This document shows positions 45,556-56,332 of a stretch of DNA of 64,000 nt, in pieces (positions within the stretch are counted from its first letter, which is position 1; the number at the start of each line of letters is the position of its first letter). A program made the translations under genes and the position numbers. The stretch lies in assembly GCA_964035575.1 (NCBI GenBank), contig OZ037837.1, positions 124,001 to 188,000 on the forward strand, in the 5' to 3' direction. The DNA is from Rhynchopus sp. YZ270_cl-10 (taxonomy: Eukaryota). The notes under the pieces were generated by a model. That model was not told where the DNA came from, ran no database searches, and worked only from the letters and a program-made list of their open reading frames with translations.

Positions 45556-48500
45556 TCACAGTGTCCACACTATCAGAGTGCCGTCGGAGCTCGCAGTTGC
45601 CAGACGTGCGTTGTCGGGAGCAAAGGCCACACGCGCCACCACTGCCGCAGAGTGTCCGAGCAGGTCCGCAACCAGGGTCCCGCTCTTGCTCCACACCATC
45701 ACGTCACCCTCGCCCACAGCAGCCAGCAGCGACCCGTCACGGCTGTACCTGCTGTCGTGCACCGCACCAGACGGCATCTTCACAGCAAAGTGCTCCACTG
45801 GGCGGCCCACGGCAATGCTTCCCCCAGACCACCTCGTCACACGGACCCACCCGTCCTCCATGCCACGCATGAGCTCCTGATCGCGGGAGAACGCCAGCGC
45901 CTTCACACGCACACGCACAGACGGCACCTCCGACACAGACACGGTGCCGCTGCCGCTCAGACTCCACACACTTGTCACCTCGCCCACCTCTGTTCCCCAC
46001 ACGGTGGCGAGGAAGTTCCCAACAGTGTCGAAGGCAGCGCCGCGTGCGTGGTGCTGGATCACAGTGGAGGGGTCCGTCACATCTGACGCAAGCAGGTCAA
46101 ACACACGTGTGTGCGGGTCGCTCCCGCCCCCGCTCACCACGTAGCGCCCGTTGTCCGAGAACTGCACGCTCGTCACAGGTCTTCCCCGCGAATGGCTCAG
46201 GTCCACCAGGGTTGCCTCCAGCACACCTGTCGCAGCGTCGCACACAACCACACGCCCGCCCTCCCCAGCAAGTGCCACCAGGCTGTTGTTGGGCGAGAAC
46301 GCAATGTCGTACACCTTGAAGCCGTCCGCACAGCCCAGCTGCGCCATCTGCAAACCCGTCTGCGCAGAGAACACACGCACAACACGGTCTGCAGCTCCTG
46401 TTGCCACACGGCTTCCGTCACCAGAGAACGCCACAGACAGCAGGCGTGCAGGATGCTTCACCTCGTAGGCACATGCACGTGACACTAATGAACCGCAGGG
46501 TTTTGTCACAGTGTCAACCGCCACGCACTCAGGCTGAACGTATGGCACACGTGTTGCAGGCACATCTGTTAGTGGGGCTGGTGTCGGCACTGCTGTTGGC
46601 GGTGCTTCGGTGGGATCTGCACAGACAAAGTCAAACTCAAAGCCTGTGTACGTCACAGACCCGTCACTGGTGAACTGCATGAACAGTGGCCCATCCCATG
46701 TGTGCTCTGTCCCCGAAGACAACGAACCAGCGTAACGGTACACTTGCTGGTAGACGTCATCCCGTACCTCGGTGTTGATGGTCATGTAGTCGTAGTTGCG
46801 CTGAGTGCTGAACGAAGTCCACGTGATGACCACAGTAGTGTCACATTCAATCTTCCAGCATTCGGATTCGCGGTTCCCGTAGTTCAAGAAGCTCACCTGG
46901 CCTGTTGTAGTGTCGTTGTCAAAGACTGTCAGGTTGTTGCAGGGGGTGTAAGTTCCTGGCACACGTGTGGGTGGCACGTCTGTGGGAGGTGAGGCTGTCG
47001 GTTGCGCTGTTGGTGGTGAAACTGTTGCTTCTCCTGCTGGCGGTGAAACTGCTCGTTCTGTTGTTGGTCCAGCAGTGGGTTCTGCTGTTGGTGGCGCAAC
47101 TGTTGGAAGAGCTGTTGGTCCAGCAGTGGGTTCTGCTGTTGGTGGTGCAACTGTTGCTTCTCCTGCTGGCGGTGAAACTGCTCGTTCTGTTGTTGGTCCA
47201 GCAGTGGGTTCTGCTGTTGGTGGTGCAACTGTTGGAAGAGCTGTTGGTCCAGCAGTGGGTTCTGCTGTTGGTGGTGCAACTGTTGGAAGAGCTGTTGGTC
47301 CAGCAGTGGGTTCTGCTGTTGGTGGTGCAACTGTTGGAACAGATGTTGGTCCAGCAGTGGGTTCTGCTGTTGGTGGTGCAACTGTTGCTTCTCCTGCTGG
47401 CGGTGAAACTGCTCGTTCTGTCGTTGGTCCAGCAGTGGGTTCTGCTGTTGGTGGTGCAACTGTTGGAACAGATGTTGGTCCAGCAGTGGGTTCTGCTGTT
47501 GGTGGCGCAACTGTTGGAAGAGCTGTTGGTCCAGCAGTGGGTTCTGCTGTTGGTGGTGCAACTGTTGGAAGAGCTGTTGGTCCAGCAGTGGGTTCTGCTG
47601 TTGGTGGCGCAACTGTTGGAAGAGCTGTTGGTCCAGCAGTGGGTTCTGCTGTTGGTGGTGCAACTGTTGGAAGAGCTGTTGGTCCAGCAGTGGGTTCTGC
47701 TGTTGGTGGCGCAACTGTTGGAAGAGCTGTTGGTCCAGCAGTGGGTTCTGCTGTTGGTGGTGCAACTGTTGGAACAGATGTTGGTCCAGCAGTGGGTTCT
47801 GCTGTTGGTGGTGCAACTGTTGGAAGAGCTGTTGGTCCAGCAGTGGGTTCTGCTGTTGGTGGTGCAACTGTTGGAAGAGCTGTTGGTCCAGCAGTGGGTT
47901 CTGCTGTTGGTGGTGCAACTGTTGGAACAGATGTTGGTCCAGCAGTGGGTTCTGCTGTTGGTGGTGCAACTGTTGCTTCTCCTGCTGGCGGTGAAACTGC
48001 TCGTTCTGTTGTTGGTCCAGCAGTGGGTTCTGCTGTTGGTGGCGCAACTGTTGGAACAGATGTTGGTCCAGCAGTGGGTTCTGCTGTTGGTGGCGCAACT
48101 GTTGGAAGAGCTGTTGGTCCAGCAGTGGGTTCTGCTGTTGGTGGTGAAACTGTTGCTTCTCCTGCTGGCGGTGAAACTGCTCGTTCTGTTGTTGGTCCAG
48201 CAGTGGGTTCTGCTGTTGGTGGCGCAACTGTTGGAACAGATGTTGGTCCAGCAGTGGGTTCTGCTGTTGGTGGTGCAACTGTTGGAACAGATGTTGGTCC
48301 AGCAGTGGGTTCTGCTGTTGGTGGTGCAACTGTTGGAAGAGCTGTTGGTCCAGCAGTGGGTTCTGCTGTTGGTGGTGCAACTGTTGGAAGAGCTGTTGGT
48401 CCAGCAGTGGGTTCTGCTGTTGGTGGTGCAACTGTTGGAACAGATGTTGGTCCAGCAGTGGGTTCTGCTGTTGGTGGTGCAACTGTTGCTTCTCCTGCTG

Positions 48501-51500
48501 GCGGTGAAACTGCTCGTTCTGTTGTTGGTCCAGCAGTGGGTTCTGCTGTTGGTGGCGCAACTGTTGGAACAGATGTTGGTCCAGCAGTGGGTTCTGCTGT
48601 TGGTGGCGCAACTGTTGGAAGAGCTGTTGGTCCAGCAGTGGGTTCTGCTGTTGGTGGTGCAACTGTTGCTTCTCCTGCTGGCGGTGAAACTGCTCGTTCT
48701 GTTGTTGGTCCAGCAGTGGGTTCTGCTGTTGGTGGCGCAACTGTTGGAACAGATGTTGGTCCAGCAGTGGGTTCTGCTGTTGGTGGTGAAACTGTTGCTT
48801 CTCCTGCTGGCGGTGAAACTGCTCGTTCTGTTGTTGGTCCAGCAGTGGGTTCTGCTGTTGGTGGTGCAACTGTTGGAAGAGCTGTTGGTCCAGCAGTGGG
48901 TTCTGCTGTTGGTGGCGCAACTGTTGGAAGAGCTGTTGGTCCAGCAGTGGGTTCTGCTGTTGGTGGCGCAACTGTTGGAAGAGCTGTTGGTCCAGCAGTG
49001 GGTTCTGCTGTTGGTGGCGCAACTGTTGGAAGAGCTGTTGGTCCAGCAGTGGGTTCTGCTGTTGGTGGTGCAACTGTTGGAAGAGCTGTTGGTCCAGCAG
49101 TGGGTTCTGCTGTTGGTGGCGCAACTGTTGGAAGAGCTGTTGGTCCAGCAGTGGGTTCTGCTGTTGGTGGCGCAACTGTTGGAAGAGCTGTTGGTCCAGC
49201 AGTGGGTTCTGCTGTTGGTGGTGCAACTGTTGCTTCTCCTGCTGGCGGTGAAACTGCTCGTACTGTGGTTGGTCCAGCAGTGGGTTCTGCTGTTGGTGGT
49301 GCAACTGTTGGAAGAGCTGTTGGTCCAGCAGTGGGTTCTGCTGTTGATGGCGCTGGTTTCGGTGGACTGTGCGTTGGTGGTGCTGGAGAGGGAGGACTCG
49401 GTGTCGGGGGTGACGTGGGTGGCGACATTGTTGAAGGAATCAATGTCACACCTCCGCCAAGCAGAGACGGCGACGGCGTCGGAGGTGATGGTGTCGCAGG
49501 TGATGGTGTGGGTGGCGACATTGTGGAAGGAATCAATGTCACGCCTCCGCCAAGCAGAGACGGCGACGGCGTCGGAGGTGATGGTGTCGCAGGTGATGGT
49601 GTCGGAGGTGATGGTGTAGGTGGAGATGGTGTCGGAGGTGATGGTGACGGCGGTGATGGTGTGGGTGGCGACATTGTGGAAGGAATCAATGTCACACCTC
49701 CGCCAAGCAGAGACGGCGACGGCGTCGGAGGTGATGGTGTGGGTTCTGCTGTTGGTACAGCTGTCGGCACTGCTGTTGGCGGTGCTTCGGTGGGATCTGC
49801 ACAGACGAAGTCGAACTCAAAGCCTTGGTTCGTCACAGACCCGCCACTGGTGAACTGCATGAACAGTGGCCCATCCCATGTGTGCTGTGTCCCCGAAGAC
49901 AAAGAACCAGCGTAGCGGTACACCAGCCGGTAGACGTCATCCTGTACTTCGATGATTCTCATGTAGTCGTAGTTGTGCTCAGTCCTGAACAAAGTCCACG
50001 TGATGACCACAGCAGTGTCACATTCAATCTTCCAGCACTCGGATTCGCGGTCCCCGTAGTTCAAGAAGCTCACCTGGCCAGTTGCAGTGTCATTGTCAAA
50101 GACTGCCAGGTTGTTGCAGGTGGCGTATATGGGTGGTGAGGCTGTGGGCTCTGCTGTCTCTGGCGCTAGTGTCGGTGGTGCTGGAGAAGGAGGACTCGGT
50201 GTTGGTGGTGACTGTGTCGGTGGACTGGTCGTGGGTGGACTAAGTGTAGGTGGACTGTGTGTCGGTGGTGACGGAGAGGGAGGACTCGGTGTTGGTGGTG
50301 ACTGTGTCGGTGGACTGGGTGTCGGTGGTGATGGTGTCGGCACTGCTGTCGGCGGTGCTTCGGTGGGATCTGCACAGAAGAAGTCGAACTCAAATCCTCT
50401 CTCCGTCACAGACCCGTCACTGGTGAACTGCATGAACAGTGGCCCATCCCATGTGTGCTCTGTCCCCGAAGACAACGAACCAGCGTAACGGTACACTTGC
50501 TGGTAGACGTCCTCCCTTACCTCGGTACTGATGGTCATGTAGTCGTAGTTGCGCTCAGTGCTGAACAAAGTCCACGTGATGACCACAGCAGTGTCACATT
50601 CAATCTTCCAGCATTCGGATTCGCGGTTCCCATAGTTCAAGAAGCTCACCTGGCCAGTTGCAGTGTCGTTGTCAAAGACTGCCAGGTTGTTGCAGGTGGT
50701 GTAAGTTCCTGGAACACGTGTGAGTGGCGCGTCTGTGGGAGGTGAGGCTGTTGGTTGCGCTGTTGGAACAGCTGTGGGTACAGCGGTGGGTTCTGCTGTT
50801 GGCGGTGCAACTGTGGGTTCTGCTGTTGGAACTGCTGTTGGTACAGCAGTGGGTTCTGCTGTTGGTGGTGATGGTGTCGGCACTGCTGTCGGCGGTGCTT
50901 CGGTGGGAAATGCACAGAAGAAGTCGAACTCAAATCCTCTGTCCGTCACAGACCCGTCACTCGTGAACTGCATGAACAGTGGCCCATCCCATGTGTGCTC
51001 TGTCCCCGAAGACAACGAACCAGCGTAACGGTACACTTGCTGGTAGACGTCCTCCCGTACCTCGGTGCTGATGGTCATGTAGTCGTAGTTGCGCTCAGTG
51101 CTGAACGAAGTCCACGTGATGACCACAGCAGTGTCACATTCAATCTTCCAGCATTCGGATTCGCGGTTCCCGTAGTTCAAGAAGCTCACCTGGCCTGTTG
51201 CAGTGTCGTTGTCAAAGACTGCCAGGTTGTTGCAGGGGGTGTAAGTTCCTGGAACACGTGTGAGTGGCGCGTCTGTGGGAGGTGAGGCTGTGGGTTCTGC
51301 TGTTGGCGGTGCAACTGTTGGTTCCGCTGTTGGAACTGCTGTTGGTACAGCAGTGGGTTCTGCTGTTGGTGGTGATGGTGTCGGCACTGCTGTCGGCGGT
51401 GCTTCGGTGGGAAATGCACAGAAGAAGTCGAACTCAAATCCCCTGTCCGTCACAGACCCGTCACTCGTGAACTGCATGAACAGTGGCCCATCCCATGTGT

Positions 51501-52671
51501 GCTCTGTCCCCGAAGACAACGAACCAGCGTAACGGTACACTTGCTGGTAGACGTCCTCCCTTACCTCGGTGCTGATGGTCATGTAGTCGTAGTTGCGCTC
51601 AGTGCTGAACAAAGTCCACGTGATGACCACAGCAGTGTCACATTCAATCTTCCAGCATTCGGATTCGCGGTCCCCGTAGTTCAAGAAGCTCACCTGGCCA
51701 GTTGCAGTGTCGTTGTCAAAGACTGCCAGGTTGTTGCAGGGGGTGGTGTAAGTTCCTGGCACACGTGTGAGTGGCGCGTCTGTGGGAGGTGAGGCTGTTG
51801 GTTGCGCTGTTGGAACAGCTGTGGGTACAGCGGTGGGTTCAGCTGTCGGCGGTGCAACGGTTGGTTCTGCTGTTGGAACTGCTGTGGGTACAGCGGTGGG
51901 TTCAGCTGTGGTGAACGGCACACAGGAAAACCCTTGGGACCACACACCCGTGTCGTTGGTGTCTGCCCCCTCCTCACACTGCAGCACCCCGTCCCTGCGG
52001 TACCCCACATCACATTCTGCGTCGCAAGACTCCCCAATGAAGAAGGTTCTGTTCCCCCTGCACTCCTCCGCGTTCAGGTTGTCATAATCGGGAATGGTCC
52101 CGCAGGTGCCAACGCGAAACGCAATGTCCACGTGCACGCTGGGGCTCATCTGGCACGGGTGTCCATCAGTGCTGCCGGGCATCAGTGGGTAATCGACACC
52201 CTCTATCCAGACCTCGTGGTCGCCGACTTCATCTGACGGGATGATGATGGAATACCATGTAAACAAACTGGTGGAACTACCACATATGGGCAGAGTGTCA
52301 CTTCCCTGCGCTCTGGATCCATAGATCCCGTGGCACGTCACAGAGCTGCCACTTGGGAAGGCGTGCACGTATTGATCATCCAAATCCTCTGTGTACCCGC
52401 AGTACTCAAGGACCGAAGAGACCCCGTCCACATCGAGAGAGCTGTGATCAGGTGCGTCGCAAAACACAACTCTGCTGCTGCTGTGGTCCCCTGACGGTGT
52501 TCGCACGTGGACAACACCACGTTCATTCTCCTGTGAGTTGTGGTAAGTGGCCAGCCACAGGGTGACGTAGCCCGGCTGTGCCGACGAAACAGATGAGCAC
52601 ACGGCATTGATGTGCGCCTCCACAACACTGGCAGCCAGCATCGCAACGACACTTGCACGAAGTGCCGACAT
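45556..52671 (-). CDS. Long paralog of the CUB/WD40 protein: signal peptide, Sushi-like domain, 5 CUB-like domains, >700-aa P/T/A mucin-like stalk, WD40 propeller
   Basis: 2371-aa ORF. N- and C-terminal parts near-identical to 31118-33874. Confidence 0.9.
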   Translation of the reverse strand: MSALRASVVAMLAASVVEAHINAVCSSVSSAQPGYVTLWLATYHNSQENERGVVHVRTPSGDHSSSRVVFCDAPDHSSLDVDGVSSVLEYCGYTEDLDDQYVHAFPSGSSVTCHGIYGSRAQGSDTLPICGSSTSLFTWYSIIIPSDEVGDHEVWIEGVDYPLMPGSTDGHPCQMSPSVHVDIAFRVGTCGTIPDYDNLNAEECRGNRTFFIGESCDAECDVGYRRDGVLQCEEGADTNDTGVWSQGFSCVPFTTAEPTAVPTAVPTAEPTVAPPTAEPTAVPTAVPTAQPTASPPTDAPLTRVPGTYTTPCNNLAVFDNDTATGQVSFLNYGDRESECWKIECDTAVVITWTLFSTERNYDYMTISTEVREDVYQQVYRYAGSLSSGTEHTWDGPLFMQFTSDGSVTDRGFEFDFFCAFPTEAPPTAVPTPSPPTAEPTAVPTAVPTAEPTVAPPTAEPTASPPTDAPLTRVPGTYTPCNNLAVFDNDTATGQVSFLNYGNRESECWKIECDTAVVITWTSFSTERNYDYMTISTEVREDVYQQVYRYAGSLSSGTEHTWDGPLFMQFTSDGSVTDRGFEFDFFCAFPTEAPPTAVPTPSPPTAEPTAVPTAVPTAEPTVAPPTAEPTAVPTAVPTAQPTASPPTDAPLTRVPGTYTTCNNLAVFDNDTATGQVSFLNYGNRESECWKIECDTAVVITWTLFSTERNYDYMTISTEVREDVYQQVYRYAGSLSSGTEHTWDGPLFMQFTSDGSVTERGFEFDFFCADPTEAPPTAVPTPSPPTPSPPTQSPPTPSPPSPSPPTHSPPTLSPPTTSPPTQSPPTPSPPSPAPPTLAPETAEPTASPPIYATCNNLAVFDNDTATGQVSFLNYGDRESECWKIECDTAVVITWTLFRTEHNYDYMRIIEVQDDVYRLVYRYAGSLSSGTQHTWDGPLFMQFTSGGSVTNQGFEFDFVCADPTEAPPTAVPTAVPTAEPTPSPPTPSPSLLGGGVTLIPSTMSPPTPSPPSPSPPTPSPPTPSPPTPSPATPSPPTPSPSLLGGGVTLIPSTMSPPTPSPATPSPPTPSPSLLGGGVTLIPSTMSPPTSPPTPSPPSPAPPTHSPPKPAPSTAEPTAGPTALPTVAPPTAEPTAGPTTVRAVSPPAGEATVAPPTAEPTAGPTALPTVAPPTAEPTAGPTALPTVAPPTAEPTAGPTALPTVAPPTAEPTAGPTALPTVAPPTAEPTAGPTALPTVAPPTAEPTAGPTALPTVAPPTAEPTAGPTALPTVAPPTAEPTAGPTTERAVSPPAGEATVSPPTAEPTAGPTSVPTVAPPTAEPTAGPTTERAVSPPAGEATVAPPTAEPTAGPTALPTVAPPTAEPTAGPTSVPTVAPPTAEPTAGPTTERAVSPPAGEATVAPPTAEPTAGPTSVPTVAPPTAEPTAGPTALPTVAPPTAEPTAGPTALPTVAPPTAEPTAGPTSVPTVAPPTAEPTAGPTSVPTVAPPTAEPTAGPTTERAVSPPAGEATVSPPTAEPTAGPTALPTVAPPTAEPTAGPTSVPTVAPPTAEPTAGPTTERAVSPPAGEATVAPPTAEPTAGPTSVPTVAPPTAEPTAGPTALPTVAPPTAEPTAGPTALPTVAPPTAEPTAGPTSVPTVAPPTAEPTAGPTALPTVAPPTAEPTAGPTALPTVAPPTAEPTAGPTALPTVAPPTAEPTAGPTALPTVAPPTAEPTAGPTALPTVAPPTAEPTAGPTSVPTVAPPTAEPTAGPTTERAVSPPAGEATVAPPTAEPTAGPTSVPTVAPPTAEPTAGPTALPTVAPPTAEPTAGPTALPTVAPPTAEPTAGPTTERAVSPPAGEATVAPPTAEPTAGPTALPTVAPPTAEPTAGPTTERAVSPPAGEATVSPPTAQPTASPPTDVPPTRVPGTYTPCNNLTVFDNDTTTGQVSFLNYGNRESECWKIECDTTVVITWTSFSTQRNYDYMTINTEVRDDVYQQVYRYAGSLSSGTEHTWDGPLFMQFTSDGSVTYTGFEFDFVCADPTEAPPTAVPTPAPLTDVPATRVPYVQPECVAVDTVTKPCGSLVSRACAYEVKHPARLLSVAFSGDGSRVATGAADRVVRVFSAQTGLQMAQLGCADGFKVYDIAFSPNNSLVALAGEGGRVVVCDAATGVLEATLVDLSHSRGRPVTSVQFSDNGRYVVSGGGSDPHTRVFDLLASDVTDPSTVIQHHARGAAFDTVGNFLATVWGTEVGEVTSVWSLSGSGTVSVSEVPSVRVRVKALAFSRDQELMRGMEDGWVRVTRWSGGSIAVGRPVEHFAVKMPSGAVHDSRYSRDGSLLAAVGEGDVMVWSKSGTLVADLLGHSAAVVARVAFAPDNARLATASSDGTLIVWTL
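46990..49345 (-). repeat. Coding minisatellite of 51-bp (17-aa) and 78-bp (26-aa) units
   Basis: PTAEPTAGPTALPTVAP, PTAEPTAGPTSVPTVAP and PTAEPTAGPTTERAVSPPAGEATVAP units interleaved. Confidence 0.95.
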
Positions 52672-53348
52672 CCTTTTGTCTTTACGCTCTCTTCTGCTTC
52701 TTTCTTTCTTTATTTATTTACTATGTGTTTGATGATCTGTGGAGGCTGTGTGTGTGGGTGTGTCGCAGAAGTTACTAAACCCCTACCACTGGCCCCAGTG
52801 TGTCGTTCCCTCACACTCAAAACATACATGAGAGAAGAACACAAATCCTGCTGAAGCAATGTGGTGAGATCAACATGCAAACAAACGACAAATAAATAGA
52901 GAAGAGGGGAACCTTCAAGGGGGGTGTGTTTCATTTTACGTTTTACCTTTTTCGCGACCTAATTCCACCCATTTGGTTGCAGTGATATTACGACCAGATG
53001 TCCTTCCATAATAGTATACAAGCTAGTAGCGAAGGGGCTAAAGAGTGGGGGCATGAGAACAGATAGAACCTTTCCGGTGATTGATACATTTTCATCGCTC
53101 ATACAAAAAGAAAAGTACGTGGAAGTCAGTAGAGAAAATAAAGGTAGCCTGATTGAGTGAAGAAAAAAAACAAAAACTGCAGAAATCTGGGAGACTGCGA
53201 AAGTCTAATTTTGAATGTCTCTTTATTGAGAGGTCCCATCTAACGTAGACAGATGATGGGTGTGGTGAGCATGAGAGAGAGTATGGTCGCGAAAGGTGTG
53301 TGATGACGCAGAAGACGTAGGGGGTGCCCTTGAAGGGTTTGCGTATGA

Positions 53349-54767
53349 CTAGTCGCCTGAAACGCTACCTGGAGAAGGTGGCATGTCGTCGTCAATGCTC
53401 TCCAGGTCCGCCCCAGCATCAATGAGCACCCGCATCACATTGGGATGCGATTCGTCCGCCGCTCTCTGCAACGCAGTGAGGTTGTTCGATCCTTGGTGGT
53501 TCACATCCACCTCCGGAAAGCCCACAAGATAGCGCACAGTCCTGGTACACCCGGCACATGCCGCAAAGATAAGACACGTGTCACCTTCGTTGTCTGTGAC
53601 AGACACTCCCGCACCTGCTCTGACCAACATCTTCACAATCGCGAGTTCCCCCTGATGGCAGGCCGAGTGTAGAGGTGAATGCCCCATATCGTCCTTTGCC
53701 TCGATGTCTGCCCCTGCATCAATGAGCACCTCCAGCACCTCTGCACGCTTACTGTTCACTGCGTGGTGCAATGCAGTGCACCCGGTGCTGGACTCCGCCT
53801 TGTCCACCTCGACCTCCGGCATGCACAGAAGAGTACGCACAGTGTCAGTGTGTCCTAAGGCTGACGCATGGATAAGACCTGTTCGACCTGTGACGTCTGT
53901 GACATGCACACTCGCACCTGCTCTGACCAACAGATTCACATTCGCTGCATTCCCTGAAATACTAGCCTTGAGCAGAGGCGACCGTTCCGTACATCTGTCC
54001 TTTGCCTCGATGTCTGCCCCTGCGTCAATAAGCGCACGCACCACATCAGTGTGCCTATGCTGCAACGCACAGTGCAACGCTGTGCTCCCTTCCTGGTTTG
54101 CGAAATTCACTTCCACCTGCGGCAAGCCAACAAGATAGCGCACAATATCGCTGTATCCGTAGTACGCCGCAAGAATAAGACACGTCCATCCTTGGTTGTC
54201 TGTGACACTCACTCCCGCACCTGCCTCTACCAGCAGCTTCACATTCGCCCCTTCTCCTGACATAGTCGCAAAGTACAGTGGCTCATCCCCCTCTTCATTT
54301 CGCGTCTCGACGTCTGCCCCTGAATCAACGAACACCTGACACACTGCAGGGTCCTCCCACATGGCTGGACAGGAAAATGGTGTACCGCCTTTGCCGTCGT
54401 TGTGCTCGAGCGGGACAAACGCGACGTTGCTGCAGACTGACTTCCAATGCTGCAAGAGGACCTCCGTGCACGCAACGTGGTCTGCATGGACACACTCACT
54501 CAGCAAGATCCCAAAGCCCACCTGCGTTGTATCAACGTACGGAAGAAGCAGTGCAAGGCATTCATCGTGGTTCCCTCTGCATGCCTCGTGTGCAGCATCG
54601 AAGACAAGTGTTTGACAGTCTTTGTCTGGGAAGAGCTTCTCAAGTCCCGCCCGCACGGCAGCAGTGTCACCGTTCCTCGCAGCCTCCACCAAGACCTCGT
54701 CTGCGGAAAGCTGTCTTCTCTCCGGTGCGTTCTCGTCTGATGTGTTGTCTGCGTGTGGTTTCGACAT
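53349..54767 (-). CDS. Ankyrin-repeat protein, paralog 1
   Basis: Serial GxTxLHxA...VxxLIDAGADI and LVRAGAGVSVTD repeats. Confidence 0.9.
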   Translation of the reverse strand: MSKPHADNTSDENAPERRQLSADEVLVEAARNGDTAAVRAGLEKLFPDKDCQTLVFDAAHEACRGNHDECLALLLPYVDTTQVGFGILLSECVHADHVACTEVLLQHWKSVCSNVAFVPLEHNDGKGGTPFSCPAMWEDPAVCQVFVDSGADVETRNEEGDEPLYFATMSGEGANVKLLVEAGAGVSVTDNQGWTCLILAAYYGYSDIVRYLVGLPQVEVNFANQEGSTALHCALQHRHTDVVRALIDAGADIEAKDRCTERSPLLKASISGNAANVNLLVRAGASVHVTDVTGRTGLIHASALGHTDTVRTLLCMPEVEVDKAESSTGCTALHHAVNSKRAEVLEVLIDAGADIEAKDDMGHSPLHSACHQGELAIVKMLVRAGAGVSVTDNEGDTCLIFAACAGCTRTVRYLVGFPEVDVNHQGSNNLTALQRAADESHPNVMRVLIDAGADLESIDDDMPPSPGSVSGD

Positions 54768-56332
54768 GGTTTGTGTGTATCGTTGTTTGTTCTGTTTGTA
54801 TGTTCAAACACATTATTTGTGGCAACCAGAACAGGTCGTCGACTCAGGGGGGTAGGTAAACGCATTCATTGACCCTTTCTCATACAGGAGCTGAACGTGA
54901 AGCAAAGGCTGGCGGCCACGAAGCTACCACCTGCTTTATGCCCCATGTGGTCACATGGACAGACCTCTACCTCCCTGCGCTGCATTCCCTCATCCCCACT
55001 GCAAGGAGGACTTCAAGATCCACCTGTCAAACATAAGCAATGCACGGGATGGCAACACTCTCCAACGTTGGGAACCTCACCATTGCGACTAACAGTCTCG
55101 GTACTACGACACCGCACGACAAGGCGCCAAAGCCCTTACCACGCGGTGACAGGAGCTCATGAACATCACAGTTCTGGGGCTCTACGGCCAGGACCTACAG
55201 AGACACTGCATCGCGTCTGCTTCGCATCTGGTTTGAAAAAAGTCATCCAACGACGTCTGATGCCACATAACACGAAAGGGGGAGAGTTGCGGGAGAAGGA
55301 GGGAGAGGGGGTCTTTGTTCAGTTTGGTAAGCTGCCCACTGTCATACGTGGCTGAAACAAAAGGGCTACGATCTTGTACGTGACATGCCATGATACATGT
55401 AAAGTTGTTAACAGATAAAACAACGTGATTCATCACATCAGTTTACATGCCATCGATTAATCATGTCATTTTCACGTAACATGTCATGTCCTTCCGTATA
55501 CAAGATCGTAGTGACGGGGCAAAAGAGGGGGAGGATGAAGACAGATAAAAGCTATCCACAAAAGGTGATTGCTGCATTTTCACAGAAAAGTATGTGAAAT
55601 GCAGTACAAATAACCGTGGGTAAAGAGAAAATGAGGGCAGCCTGGTGATCATGCAGGCCATATCCTAAATCGGGATTTTTTTGGAAAATTTTCAAAAACT
55701 GGATCCAGAATTTTTCTCCGGGAAAAAAAAAATTTTCCAGAAAAAAAACCCATTCCGAGCTTTCTCCCCCGCGTTGGCGGGGCATCTCCCCTCCGTTGGC
55801 GGGGCATGTCCTCATATATTGCAAACAAGACACAATAAAGAGTACTTGAAACGTGGTGAAACGCAGCTCCAATAAATCATTAGGATAAATCCCACCCTTC
55901 TTTTTTCTTTTTTTTCCAGTGTTTCCCAGCTTCTCACCTAACTCTGAAAATAGGTGAGATTTTGCGGTTTTGCGGGTTTTGGTAAAGGTGTGGCGAGCCC
56001 GGGCGCGCTTCGCGCGCCCGGGTACCCACCTTAGCTCAAGTTGGGGGCCTCCGGCGGAATGTGAGAATTCCTCGGAGTTCGGCACTTCATTGATATTTGC
56101 ACCAGGCACGCGTGGTACACGAATTATCAGTAACCTCAGTACATTTACAAAATAAACGGCAGGCATGGCACCCAAGCGAAGCCACGGTACGCAACATTTC
56201 TAAAAATTGTTGACATAAATGTCACTGTCGTTGGAAGATTGGGGGGTCAGCTTGTTTTTGTGCCAAAATTTTTCCAGCACTGCTGACCAGGGACATTGGG
56301 AACATAGGGATTTTTGCGGAGCAAAAAAAAAA

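Noticed and set aside
46929..49915. Long poly-Q (minus), poly-L/V and G/A/V (plus) ORFs of 791-982 aa
   Set aside because: Alternative-frame and antisense shadows of the stop-free coding minisatellite inside the 2371-aa gene.
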